A stretch of 64,000 bases of DNA from Scyliorhinus canicula (GCF_902713615.1 NC_052154.1:91829030-91893029); one strand, 5' to 3'; shown: positions 23,605 through 36,895, numbered from the stretch's first letter. The notes: generated by a model not told the origin, from the letters alone. Translations and numbers: made by a program.

Positions 23605-25115
23605 CAGAGTCATAGATGTTTACAGCACGGAAAAAGACACGTTGGCCCAGCTTCTCCATGCCACCCAGTTTCTATCACTAAGCTAGTCCTACTTGCCCGC
23701 AATTGGCCCATATCCCTCTGTGCACACCCTGCTCATGTTACTGTCTGACTGTTTTTTAAAAAAAAAATATGTACCGACCTCTACTACTGCCTCTGGCAGC
23801 TCATTCCAGATGCTCACCACCCCTCTGGTCTTTTTTGTATTACTCCCATCTCAACTTAAACCTATGCCTTCTAGCTCTAGTTTCCTCTACCTTTGGAACA
23901 GATGTTGACTATCTACCTCATCTATGCCCCTCATTATTCTATGAACCTCTATAAGATCACCCCTACGCTCCAGGAAAAAAAGTGCCAGCCTATCCAGGCT
24001 CTACTTTAAGCTCAGACCATTAAGTACTGATAGCATCCTCGTAAATCTCTTCTGCACACTTTCTAGTTTAACAATATATTTCGTAGAATAGGGTGAGCAG
24101 AACGGAACACAATATTCCAGCTGTGGTCTGATTAACGTCTTGTACAACTCCAACAAGACGTCCTCACTCCTCTATTCAATATTCTGACCAATAACACCTA
24201 GCATGTTGAATGCTTTCTTCGCCACACTGTCCTCCTGTGACTACAACTGTACCCCTAGATCACATTGTTCTGTAACTTCCCCCAACTCCCTACCAATAAC
24301 TGCGTAGGTCCTGCCCTGAAGTGATCTACCAAAAGGCATCACCACACATTTATCCACATTAAACTCCATCTGCCATTCATCGGCCCAATTGCTCAAATGT
24401 TCAAGGTCCTGTTGCAATCTTACTGTCTTCACTATCCACTATGCCACAAATTTGGAGTCATCTGCAAACTTACTAACCATGCCTCCTACATTCTCATGCA
24501 ATGAATTAATATATATAACAAATAACAGTGGACCCAGTACCGATCCCTGAGGCACGCCGCTGGTCACTGGCCTACAGTTTGAAAAACAACCCTCCACAAC
24601 CACACTTTGGCTTCGGTCGCCAAGCAAATTTTGTATCCAATTAGGACCTCAACCTGGATTCTGTGAGATTTAACCTTTTGCAACAAACTACCATGCAGTA
24701 CCTTGCCAAAGGTCTTGCTAAAGTCCATGGAGACAACGTTGACTGCACTGCCCTCATCTATCTTCTTGGTTTCTCCGTCAAACAACTCAATTAAATTGGT
24801 CAGACATGACTTTCCCCTTACAGAGCCATGCTGACTTTCCCTAATTAGTTGTTGCCTGTCTATATTACTGTAGATCCTTCCCCTCAGAATACCTAATAAA
24901 AATTCACCCGCTACAGAAGTAAAGCTAACCTCTCTGTAGTTCCCAGGCTTATCCCTACAGCCCTTCTTAAACAAGGGCACAACATTTGTTACCCTCCAAT
25001 CTTCAGGCACCCCTTCGGTCGCTGTCGATGATGCAAGTATTTCAGCTCGAGGGCCGGTAATTTCCTCCCTAGTCTCCCACAACGTCCTGGGTTACATTTT
25101 GTCATGTCCCGGGGA
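23605..25115 (-). mobile_element. CR1 LINE RT to tail, internally deleted
   Basis: [55 protein letters not shown]. Confidence 0.9.
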
Positions 25116-25542
25116 TTTATCTATTCAAATCACTTTGCAACAATATCCATTTATGTGCAAAATTATACTTTCGACATCAATAATTCAGCATACTGAACAA
25201 ATATTAAAGAAAGAATAAATACTAAAACCAAAGAATTATAAATCAATTAACTAAATATCTGTGCTCTAAAAATAGCGTATTTAATTTCAAGGATAAGTGA
25301 ATGAAACGCATTGAAACCTTTTAGCTGATCACAGCGAGTTTTCAAAGCTTTATGTATCTTGTATCATGCCTGCTAACCCTGATTTATATTCCTGAACAGC
25401 TGAATGAATCTGTGGAGAAGAGGATGGGCACGATTGGAGCGGGGTGAGTGGGGTGGGGGTGGGGGTGGGGGTGGCGGGCGACAAGGGGCTGGTGGGTGAA
25501 GAGGGAGGTGAAGATGAAGCGGTGGTGAGTTGCAGGTTTTGG

Positions 25543-28500
25543 AATTGGATTGGATTGGATTTGTTTATTGTCACGTGTACCGAGGTACAGTGAAAAGTAT
25601 TTTTCTGCAAGCAGCTCAACAGACCATTCCGTGCATGGGAAGAAAAGGGAATTAAACAAAATTCAAGAAAATATAAGAAAATACATAATAGGGCAATACA
25701 AGATATACAATGTAACTAAATAAGCATTGGCATCGGATGAAGCATAAAGGGTGTAGTGTTTATGAGGTCAGTCCATAAGGGGGTCATTTAGGAGTCTGGT
25801 GACGGTGGGGAAGAAGCTGTTTTTGAGTCTGTTCGTGCGTGTTCTCAAACTTCTGTATCTCCTGCCCGATGGAAGAAGTTGGAAAAGTGAGTAAGCCAGG
25901 TGGGAGGGATCCTTGATTATGCTGCCCGTTTTCCCCAGGCAGCGCGAGGTGAAGATGGAATCCATGGATGGGAGACAGGTTCGTGTGATGGACTGCGCCA
26001 GATTCACGACTCTCTGAAGTTCCTTGCGGTCCTGGGCCAAGCAGTTGCCATACCAGGCTGTGATGCAGCCCAATAGGATGCTTTCGATGGTGCATCTATA
26101 AGAGTTGGTAAGGGTTAATGTGGACATGCCAAACTTCCTTAGTTTTTGAGGAAATATAGGCGCTGTTGCGCTTTGTTGGTGATAGCATCGATGTGAGTTG
26201 ACCAGGACAGATTTTTGGTGATGTGCACCCCAAGGAATTTGAAACTGCAAACCATCTCCACCTCGGCCCCGTTGATGCTGACAGGGGTGTGTACAGTAAT
26301 TTGCTTCCTGAAGTCAATGACCAGCTCTTTAGTTTTGCTGGCATTGAGGGAGAGATTGTTGCCATTGCACCACTCCACCAGGTTCTCTATCTCCCTCCTG
26401 TATTCTGACTCGTCGTTATTCGAGATCCGGCCCACTATGGTCGTATAGTCAGCAAACCTGTAGATGGAATTGGAACCAAGTTTTGCCACGCAGTCATGTG
26501 TGTACAGGGAGTAGAGTAGGGGTCTAAGTATGCAGCCTTGCGGGGCACCGGTATTGCGGACTATTGTGGAGGAGGTGTTGGTGTTCATTCTTATGGATTG
26601 TGGTCTGTTGGTCAGAAAATCGAGGATCCAATTGCAGAGTGGAGAGCCAAGTCTTAGGTTTTGGAGCTTTGAAATGAGCTTGGCTGGGATTATGGTGTTG
26701 AAGGGCGGAGCTGTAGTCAATAAATAGGAGTCTGATGTAGGAGTCCTTGTTTTCAAGATGCTCTAGGAATGAGTGTAGGGCCAGGGAAATAGCGTCTGAT
26801 GTGGACCGGATGCGACGGTATGCGAATTGAAGTGGGTCAAGGCGTTCTGGGAGTATGGAGGCGATGCGCTTCATGGTCAACCTGTTGAAGCACTTCATTA
26901 CAACTGACATCAGGGCCACCGGGCGGTAGTCATTGATGCATGTTGCCTGGTTCTTCTTTGGTACCGGTATGATGGTGGTCTTCTTGAAGCAGGTGGGGAC
27001 CTCGGAGTGGAGTAGGGACAGGTTAAAGATGTTTGCGAATACCTCTGTCAGCTGGTCTGCGCAGGCTCTGAGTGCACAACCAGAGATCCCGTCCAGGCCC
27101 GTCGCCTTCTGCGAGTTCACTTTCAAGATGGCCGATCTGACTTCGGAAACTGTGATAGTGGGTATGCGTGAATTATGGGCTGCTGAGCACTCGACAGCGG
27201 ATTGTTGGTTACCTGCTCAAACCGAGCATAGAATGCATTAAGTTAATCGGGGAGCGATGTGCTGCTGCCAGCGATACTGCTCGGCTTCGCTTTGTATCCC
27301 ATTATGTTGTTTAGTCCCTGCCACAACCACCGAGAGTCTGTCTGTGACTCTAGCTTAGATTGATATTGTCTCTTGGCATCTCGGATGGCTTTGCGGAGGT
27401 CGTACCTGTATTTCTTGTATAGGACAGGGTCGTCTGCCTTGAACGCCTCAGATCTGTCCTTCAGTAGGGAGTCAATCTCGTGGTTGAGCCATGGTTTCCG
27501 GTTGGGGAATGCACGTACTGCTTTCTTTGGCATGCAGTCATCCACACATTCGCTGATGAAGTCTGTGACGGTGGTGGCATACTCATTTCAGTTAGTCGCT
27601 GCGTTCATAAATATGGACCAGTTCACTGTCTCTAAGCAGTCACGTAAGAGCTCTTCTGTCTCCTCGGACCAGCACCGCACAACCTTCTTAGCTGGATTCT
27701 CCCGCTTGAGTTTCTCCTTGTAAGCCGGCAGAAGGAGCACAGTCTTATGTCTGATATCCCAAATTGCGGTCGGGGGATGGAACGGTAGGCACCCATGATT
27801 TTTGAATAGCCATGGTCAAGAGTGTTGTAGCCCCTGGTGGGACAGGAGATTTGCTGGTGGAACTTTGGCAGTACACTCGTGCTTCAGTCTAACCTGCAGA
27901 CCGCCGTGTTTCCCTCGCTTCCTCGGTCAGCGGCTGCTGCCGGATGATCTAGGGATCCGATGGGAGATGTCAGCCCTTGTGGAAGGTATGGGCGCTGGTT
28001 ATTTTTCCGGGGTCTGGTTGAGGTAGAGAGTTTGCTAGGGGGGTGGGTTTGTGATCCGGATGGGTCCCTGCATTCTGCGGGCATGGGAATATCTTGCAGC
28101 GTGTTCAGGTCCTCGCGCACAGTCTCTGCCGTTTCTGGGGGCCTGGGCCATGGGAAGGGGCTTCATGAGGCAGGTTGGGCTGTGTCGCGTGGTCTGTTCC
28201 CTCCCTGGGCGCTCCTGGGGCCGGATCTTGAAGTCGGCGCCATCGAGCCTCCCCCTGGATTTTTCTTTCTTCCATCACCAGGTAGGTAGTGTTGCTGGGA
28301 GGGCCTCTCCGGGTTGGGTCGCTGGGCGGGTCTCTCGGCGTCACGATGGGCCACGTCCTGCCGACGAGGGTTGGGTCGGGAGCTCTGGGGACTAGGCCAG
28401 GCGATCTGGGGGCTGGCGTCGGTAGTTAGGCCAGGTTTGGAGCTCCGAGGCCCGGATCGGCTCCAAATCGAGGTCGGGGCTTCACTTCCGGGTTCGGCCC

Positions 28501-28720
28501 AATCTTCTTCCAGGTCACGGAGGTGAGGTCGGGGCGGGTCAGAAGGTCTCCAAGGGCCTCGGAGGATCTTTAAGCCTGCAAGAGAAGATAAAAGAGTGAG
28601 GTTAGTAATAATGTTAGCTTTAGAATTAATTTTTAAAAGATTAGAACGAGTATACGTTAAGTAAAAAGTGGATCTGTTGGGGAGAGCTTGCAGGGAGTCG
28701 CCTCGCTCTGGCGCATTTTG
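25543..28720 (-). mobile_element. Rex1/Babar-clade LINE, near full length, frameshifted
   Basis: [88 protein letters not shown]; tail gtgacaataaacaaatccaatccaatcc. Confidence 0.9.
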
Positions 28721-29083
28721 AATCAGGTCAGTTCAAGGAATGCTATTGATATGGACCTCCTGATGTCACCTCGGGAGCTCACTCAGAATTAAATGTTAAA
28801 TGATGACATGAATTTGCGAATAAATTCTTCACCATTTGGCAAATCGACTGAAGACTGATTACTAGGAGATAGCGAAAATGCGATAGTTCAATAATATAGA
28901 TTTGAAATAGATGAGGGCTCAACTATGAATTGTTGTGGTACTTCACCAGTTGTATGTTGGGGATGATCGCCTGCTTGACTTAAGGAAGGGGTTTGGAAAC
29001 CTCCATCATTCTTTGAGCGATTTTGTCGGCATTTCCTCTCTCCTATTGGGACGATCCATGATGGCAACGTTGGGAAATGGGGG

Positions 29084-29190
29084 ATGGGACAATTGGGCGC
29101 GGCCGTTTTGGCGCGGCCGTTTGGGCGCAGCCGTTTGGGCGCCATGGGACAATTGGGCGCAGCCAATTTGGCGCGGCCGTTTGGGCGCAG
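29084..29190. repeat. GC-rich short tandem array (~14-nt unit tt(t/g)ggcgc(g/a)gccgt, in two 60-nt blocks)
   Basis: Both blocks start atgggacaattgggcgc (29084, 29144). Confidence 0.85.
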
Positions 29191-29306
29191 ATGACAGAAA
29201 TTCTTGTATTCAGATAACTATTGTATTTGTTGTTGAAACATTCAATTTACTATTTTGAACTGTCAGTTGTGTCAATTTCAGCTGCCGGCTCACTTTGATC
29301 CGGAGA

Positions 29307-29480
29307 GGGAAGCTGCTCTCTCACTGAAGCAATCAGCCGGCCGCTGAAATTGACACTGCCCACTGCTCTCTCCCTCCAATCCAACTTTTAAGTTTTAATG
29401 TTTCTGATTGGAGGGAGAGAGCAGCCGGCAGTGTCAATTTCAGCGGCCGGCTGATTGCTTCAGTGAGAGAGCAGCTTCCC
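29307..29480. repeat. near-perfect palindrome, 75-nt arms, 24-nt loop
   Basis: 29307-29381 gggaagctgctctc...ctccaatc is the reverse complement of 29406-29480 with about 2 mismatches. Confidence 0.9.
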
Positions 29481-30150
29481 TGGGAAATGTGCCAGACGAA
29501 CGGTGGCTGTTAAACTCCTCAACAGATGAACAGGAGAAGGAAGACTTTCTTTGGTTGGTCATGGACAGGACACTGCTATCAATAATGTCAGTTGTTATCA
29601 GCCGCTGAAGAAACAATTTTGCGATAGACTGTTTACTCGAGAGAACGACTGGCAGCTGCCATCATTTCCATGGGGTTAGTTTTGCAATCTGGAAGACGAA
29701 TATGGATGCACAGCTAGAAATCCACAATTGATCAAAAAAGGTGTGACATTTCCACAAAACAGCGTGCATTGCCACCGAGATTTGTATTGCCAGAAAATGT
29801 CGACTCATTACTCTCTGTATTTTCGTCGGTGTCATCATTAATATCGCTGGCAAACAGTTGAATCCCCTGGAGTGCTCTTTGCAGTATTGCTTTAGACACA
29901 GCCTGCTATCTTGAAAAACCCAGTTTAGTCTGAATCTTTGATTCTTGCCTGCTCATCACCCCACAATTCATGCTGATATGTTACTTCAAACTCCACCATA
30001 TCGCAACATTGATATAAATATTTTGTGTCATACGTTATGATGTTATTGAAGAAATACAACTATTCTACACCAAGTATGCATTCCATGCTCAGTTCGGCAG
30101 GAAACTATCAAACAGCCATTGTCTGCCTTAGCAGACCCGGGCACACCCTT

Positions 30151-30472
30151 ACATAGAACAGTACAGCACAGAACAGGCCCTTCGGCCCTCAATGTTGTGC
30201 CGAGCCATGATCACCCTACTCAAACCCACGTATCCACCCTATACCCGTAACCCAACAACCTTACTTTTATTAGGACACTACAGGCAATTTACCATGGCCA
30301 ATCCACCTAACCCGCACATCTTTGGACTGTGGGAGGAAACCGGAGCACCCGGAGGAAACCCACGCACACAGGGGGAGGACGTGCAGACTCCACACAGACA
30401 GTGACCCAGCCGGGAATCGAACCTGGGACCCTGGAGCTGTGAAGCATTGATGCTAACCACCATGCTACCCTG
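30151..30472 (-). mobile_element. HE1-type V-SINE, part of an inverted duplication
   Basis: Full SINE; its 5' junction with Rex1 sequence is identical to that of the SINE at 30999. Confidence 0.9.
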
Positions 30473-30998
30473 CTTGTAGGAGTCTTTGTTGTTGAGATGC
30501 TCCAGGAATGAGTGTCGGGCAGAGAGATTGCGTGTGCTGTGGACCTCTTGTGATGGTATGCAAATTGCAGTGGACTACTGTAACAGCTTCCAAAGTCAGA
30601 TCGGACGTCTTGAAAGTGAACCCTAGGAATGTGACAGGTCCAGATGATGTCTCTGGTCGTGCACTCAGATCCTGCACGGACCAGCTGGCAGGTGTGTTTG
30701 CGGAAATCTTGAACCTCTGCCTACTATGTTATGAGGTCATCACTTGCTTCAAGAAGAGCACTATTATACCAATGCCAAAGAAGTACCAGGCAATGTGCAT
30801 GAATGATTATCATGCGGTGGCCTTCACATCGATCATAATGAAATGCTTCAAGGTGTAGGTCATGAGGCACATCAGCTCAATACTCCCAGAAGTCTTCAGT
30901 CCACTGCAATTTGCATACCATCACAAGAGGTCCACAGCACACGCAATCTCTCTGCCCGACACTCATTCCTGGAGCATCTCAACAACAAAGACTCCTAC

Positions 30999-31357
30999 AA
31001 GCAGGGTAGCATGGTGGTTAGCATAAATGCTTCACAGCTCCAGGGTCCCAGGTTCGATTCCCGGCTGGGTCACTGTCTGTGTGGAGTCTGCACGTCCTCC
31101 CCGTGTGTGCGTGGTTTTCCTCCGGGTGCTCCGGTTTCCTCCCACAGTCCAAAGATATGCGGGTTAGGTGGATTGGCCATGCTAAATTGCCCGTAGTGTC
31201 CTAATAAACATAAGGTTAAGGGGGGGGGGGGTTGTTCGGTTACGGGTATAGGGTGGATACGTGGGTTTGAGTAGGGTGATCATGGCTCGGCACAACATTG
31301 AGGGCCGAAGGGCCTGTTCTGTGCTGTACTGTTCTATGTTCTATGTTCTATGTTCTA
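30999..31357 (+). mobile_element. HE1-type V-SINE nested in Rex1
   Basis: Interrupts the Rex1 KDSY/IRLL motif; (ttctatg)n tail. Confidence 0.9.
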
Positions 31358-31762
31358 TCAGACTCCTATTCAATGACTACAGCTCCGTTTTCAACATCAT
31401 AATCCAAGTCAAGGTCGCAGCAACATTCCAAAAACTCGGACTTGGCTCCTCACGCTGCAACTGGATCATCTACAATCAGTAAGGATAAACAACAAAATCT
31501 CCTCAATGATAGTGCTCAGTACCAGAGCCCCGAAAGGATGCATATTTATCCCCCTACTATCCTTCCTGTACACAGGAAACTGTGTGGCACAATTTGGCTC
31601 CATCTCCATGTACAGGTTTGGTGATGACACAATCATAGTGTGTCGGATCTCGAACAACGAATACAGGAGGGGGATAGAAAAGCTAGTGGAGTGGTGAAAC
31701 GACAACAATCAGTTTCAGCAAAAGTAAAGAGCTTGTCGTTGACTTCTGGAAACAAAGCACAC

Positions 31763-32700
31763 TGTAGCCTCCTGGGGTGGCCACTGCCCAACACAAAATG
31801 GAAGATTACAAGGAATGCAGGGAAAATAGACATGTTGCAAAAGTAAGCAGCTTGCAAAAGCGATTGTGTATTCTGACTGCTGCAGAAACCAGTTCTGACT
31901 GCTGCAGAAACCAGACAGCACTGTGAAAGAAAACAAGTTAGCATACTAATGAGGCGATACCGGGCGATTCCCAGTTACAATGGAAACAAGTTAACGTTAA
32001 TCGATACATTGAATAGAAGGCCAGACTTCTCGGCGCCAAAACAAGTCCAAAACAATAAATCCCAAGAACCGCCCAGTGATCGAGGCACTGCCCCGTTATT
32101 GGGGAATTCAAATAAATCGATTGGGAAGAGACCCAATCCACTGCCAGTGTATAGAGGGTCCGCCCAGGTGGGCGAGAGACCCTGAGACAAGTATAAGACA
32201 GAGACCGTGACTCCAGCTCTCTCTCTCTGTCAGCCTCTCCTTGACCAGCCAGCCCTCCCGGCAGAACACCATTGCAGCAGAAGAACCTTGAGGAGGAGAG
32301 GCCTGGACAGTTGCCGCCATTGCGTAAGTGTCATACAACGCACGCTACGAGTGTAGACACTCCTGAACCCCTTTAGTCCATAACTACTGGAAGCCTGCGG
32401 ACCCAGGACAAAGCTAGAGGCCGTTGTTCCCTGATCCGGTAGTCCCCTTATCTAGATAAGTATTTGGCCTATTAGTGGTAGGATTAGCCCAGTCTTATAG
32501 TTTGATATGCATGATTAGTAGATAACTGTAATATAATAAACGTGTCTTGTTTGAACTTACTAACTGGTGTATGGATTTATTGATTTGAACTTGAACATGA
32601 AACTTCTGGAGGTATCTTAACGATACCTGGCGACTCCACAGCTAAGGAACGAAACAGAGCAAAATTGAGTGTAAAGCACACTCACCCAGATCGAACAACA
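31763..32700 (+). mobile_element. solo LTR (938 nt) inserted in Rex1
   Basis: TG...CA termini, 4-nt target duplication ACAC (31759-31762 and 32701-32704), 22-nt tandem repeat at ~31872-31915, TATA-like gtataag ~32191, AATAAA ~32535. Confidence 0.8.
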
Positions 32701-33544
32701 ACACCCCTGTCTGCACAACGGCGCTGAGGTGGAGATGGTTTACAGTGTCACATTCCTCGCTGTGCATGTCACCAGAAGTCTGATCTCGTCCACCTATGTC
32801 GACGCTACCTCCAAGAAACCACAATAGCAGCTATACTTCCTCAGGAACTCAGGAAATTCAGCATGTCCATATGCCACTTATTAACCTTTCGAGGTGTACC
32901 AGGGAAAGTACCCTATCTGACTGCATCACAGCTTGGCATGGCGTTTGCTCGGCCTGATGAAGCGACAGAGCATCGTGAACAGTTCATCATATGAATCCGC
33001 CTCCAATTGACAACTCCCGCTGTCTTGGGAAAGCGGGAAGCAGAATGAAATGCTCCTCTGATCCGGCTCAGTCACTCTTTCAACTTATTCCATCAGGCAG
33101 GCTATACAAAAGTCTGAGACAGGCACTGATAGATTTAAACACAACTTCTGCTCTGTTGTTAAAAGATTCCTAAGCGAACCTCTTATGGACTGTTCTGGTC
33201 TCTTCACGCATCTTCTACAACCTTCTGTAAGCTTCATCTGTTGCCTGTCTGTATGCATTTAAATTGTGTAATTTATGTTTGCCCTATTATGTATCTTCTT
33301 TTCATGTATTGAAAGATCTGTATGGACTGCACGCAGAACAATATTTTCCACTGTACCTCCGTATACGTGACAATAAACAAATCCAAATCCAAGTCCTGTT
33401 AGTTGCTTCCCCATAATCTGCCCATCCAGCCACATCTTCAAGAAACCTTGTGACAATTTACAAAAAGAAGTGTTGTTCCATAAAACAATGTGATTATTTT
33501 CGAATTGGAGTGTTAAGAATTTCTTAAGAAATGCCAACATCGTT

Positions 33545-35540
33545 CAAATAACTTATAGAGCATAGAGCATAGAACATTACAGCGCAGTACAGGCCCTTCG
33601 GCCCACGATGTTGTACCGTCCTGTGAAACCCGTCTAAAGTCCCTCTACACTATTCCCTTATCATCCATATGTGTATCCAATGACCATTTGAATGCGTATA
33701 GTGTTGGCGAGTCCACTACTGCTGCAGGCAGGACATCACCATCCGAGGAAAAAGGCTCTCACTGCCCACCTTATCTAATCCTCTGATCATCTTGTATGCC
33801 TCAATTAAGTCACCTCATAACCTTCTTCTCTCTAACGAAAGCAGCCTCAAGTCCTTCAGCCTTTCCTCATATGATCTTCCCTCCATACCAGGCAACATTC
33901 TTGTAAATCTCCTCTGTACCCTTTCCAATGCTTCCACATGCTTCCTATAATGTGGCGACCAGAAATGCACACAATACTCCAAACGCGGCCGCACCAGAGT
34001 TTTGTACAACTGCACCATGCCCTCATGGCTCCGAAACTCAATTCCTCTACCAATAAAAGCTAACACACCGTACACCTTCTTAACAACCCTCTCAACCTGG
34101 GTAGCCACTTTCAGGGATCTATGGACATGGACACCGAGATCTCTCTGCCCGTCCACACTATCAAGAATCTTACCATTAGCCCAGTACTCTGCCTTCCTGT
34201 TATTCTTTCCAAACTGAATCACCTCACACTTTTCTGCATTAAACTCCATTTGCCACCTGTCAGCCCAGCTCTGCAGCTTATCTATGTCCCTCTGTAACTT
34301 GTAACATCCTTCTGCACTGTCCACAACTCCACGGACTTTAGTGTCATCTGCAAATTTACTCACCCGTCCTTCTACGCCCTCCTCTAGGTCATTTATAAAA
34401 ATGACAAACAGCAACGCCCCAAAACAGATATTGTGGCACACTACTAGTAACTGGACACCAGTCAGAGCATTTCCCATCAACCACCACTCTTTGTCTTCTA
34501 TCAGCTAGCCAATTTCTGATCCAAACTGCTAAATCACCCTGAATCCCATGCCTCTGTATTTTCTGCAATAGCCTACCGTGGGGAACCTTATCACACGCTT
34601 TACTGAAATCCATATACACCACATCAACTGCTTTACCCTCATCCACCTGTTTGGTCACCTTCTCGAAGAACTCAATGAGGTTTGTGAAGCACGACCTACC
34701 CTTCACAAAACCATGTTGACTATCTCTAATCAAATTATTCCTTTCCAGATGATTATACATCCTATCTCTTATAAACCTTTCAAAGACTTTTCCCACAACA
34801 GAAGTAAGGCTCACTGGTCTATAGTTACCGGGGTTTTCTCTACTCCCCTTCTTGTACAAGGGGACAACATTTGCTATCCTCCAGTCCTCTGGCACTATTC
34901 CTGTAGACAAAGATTACTTAAAGATCAAAGCCAAAGGCTCAGCAATCTCCTCCCTACCTTCCCAGAGAATCCTAGGATAAATCCCATCCGGCCCAGGGGA
35001 CTTATCTATTTTCACACTTTCCAGAATCGCTAACACCTTCTCCTTATGAACCTCAAGCCCTTCTAGTCCAGTAGCCTGTATCTCAGTATTCTCCTCGACA
35101 ACTTTGTCTTTTCCTGTGTGAATGCTGACGAGAAATACTCATTTAGCACCTCTCCTAACTCCTCGGACTGCACGCACAACTTCCCATTACTGTCCTTGAC
35201 TGGGCATTCTTTTATTCCTGACATTCCTATAGAAAGCTTTAGGGTTATCCTTGATCCTACCTGCCTAAGACTTCTCATCTCCTCGCTAGCTCTCTCTTTA
35301 GAGCCTTCCTAGCTAATTTGTAACCGACAAGCGACCCAACTGAACCATCATGTCTCATCTTCACATAAGCCTCCTTCTTCCTCTTGACAAGTGTTTCAAC
35401 TGCTTTAGTTACCCATAGTTCCCTCAATCGACCACTTCCTCCCTGCCTAACAGGTACATACTTATCAAGGACAGGCAGTAGCTGTTCCTTGAACATGCTC
35501 CACATTTCCATTGTGTCCATCCCCTGCAGTTTTCCTCTTA
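33545..35540 (-). mobile_element. CR1 LINE (same subfamily as 37810 and 45885)
   Basis: ORF-track RT motifs NYRPVSLT, DFSKACDKVPHG, SKFADDTK, HFWSPHY; tail catagagcatagaac. Confidence 0.95.
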
Positions 35541-35705
35541 TGTCAGTCTAGCTGTTTACTTTCTCCCAATTTCTCGGAATAGCTTTGCTACATATGTAAA
35601 TTAAAACCCGATCGGCGGTTTACAAAATCTATGTTTCGTAAATCATAATCACTGCACCTATTTCCGTGATATTATCTCCCATAGAATCATAAGATGCGCT
35701 ATAGT

Positions 35706-36134
35706 TTGGAGCGGAGGAGCTCTACCCCGAGAGGGCGCCGTAGCTCGAAGTTGCCAGCAAGGGAGAGAGACTGGGCAGACTGTGCGCGCGCTCCAGGTCA
35801 TGACAACGCGACAGGGAACGCAGGGGGAGGCGCTCGAGGTCACCTCAGAGAAGCCGGTCAAGGGTCTCACGCCAATGTCAGGCAAATTCGATAGTGCTTT
35901 CGAGACAAAAATATCAGGAGTCAAAAGAACATGAGGTCTCAGATATCGAGGTAAAGGGAAAACCCGAAGAAGAGATTGAACTGCTGAAGAATTTGATGAA
36001 TTTAAAACTGTGAATTAGAAGAAACTGGATTGCTCTGTTAATGCTTACGCTGTCAATATATAGCGAAAAAGAAACATCGGCAGTGCATGAAGAGAAAGGG
36101 CAGCTTTAACAGACCTCTGGATTTTGTTGCGTGA
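35706..36134 (+). pseudogene. SNRNP27: processed pseudogene of U4/U6.U5 tri-snRNP 27 kDa protein
   Basis: RS-rich RSRS*QRDRERRGRRSRSPQRSRSR; VSDIEVKGKPEEEIELLK ~ ITEEDLEGKTEEEIEMMK; LDCSVNAYAVNI ~ VDGSVNAYAINV; KHRQCMKRKGSFNRPLDFVA* ~ [20 protein letters not shown]. No introns; stops and frameshifts present. Confidence 0.88.
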
Positions 36135-36214
36135 CTCCTTCTTGGCTTGTAATGACATGATGGTAACAAGAGATGTTCTTTACGTTTGTGGCTCGAGCGA
36201 CAACGGCCTTCCTC

Positions 36215-36652
36215 TTAGAACATAGAATATAGAACACTACAGCGCAGTACGGGCCCTTCGGCCCTCGATGTTGCGCCGACCTGTGAAACCATCTGAAGCC
36301 TATCTGACCTACACTATTCCATTTTCATCCATATGTCTATCCAGTGACCACTTAAATGCCCTTAAAGTTGGCGAGTCTACTACTGTTGCAGGCAGGGCGT
36401 TCCACACCCCTACTACTCTCTGAGTAAAGAAACTGCCACTGACATCTGTCCTATATCTATCACCCCTCATTTAAAGCTATGTCCCCTCGTGTTGGTCATC
36501 ACCATCCGAGGAAAAAGACTCTCACTGTCCACCCTATCTAACCCTCTGACTATCTTATATGTCTCTATTAAGTCACCTCTCAGCCTTCTCCTCTCTAACA
36601 AATACAACCTCAATTCCCTGAGCCTTTCCTCGTAAGACCTTCCCTCCATACT
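36215..36652 (-). mobile_element. CR1 LINE 3' end
   Basis: GRSYEERLRELRLYLLERRRLRGDLIETYK and tail. Confidence 0.9.
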
Positions 36653-36895
36653 TCTGCCATAATTTCCCAGAGAGTATCCTGTGTTGTTCAGTTCGGTGGT
36701 CGGCACGTTCTTCAAGCCTGGCAGAGCAGGTTCGGCTGTACCTGTAATGTTCCTTTTGTGTATTACTTTCAAATTACTGTTTGAAAGTAATGAAAATTGA
36801 AAGATGATGAAGAAAATATTGCCCACTGAATTTGTCATATATTTTAAATCCATACAATTTCCAGGTTAACTTTTATCTACGGACGATAATATATG

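Larger units (their letters stand above)
30577..33392 (+). mobile_element. Rex1/Babar LINE fragments interrupted by an HE1 SINE and a solo LTR
   Basis: VTGPDDVSGRALRSCTDQL, NDYHAVAFT, APKGCIFIPLLSFLYT, FGDDTII; tail gtgacaataaacaaatccaaatcc at ~33367. Confidence 0.85.

Noticed and set aside
29662-29860. Minus-strand ORF near the palindrome
   Set aside because: Another frame reads DINDDTDENTESNESTFSGNTNLGG, an old CR1 RT fragment.
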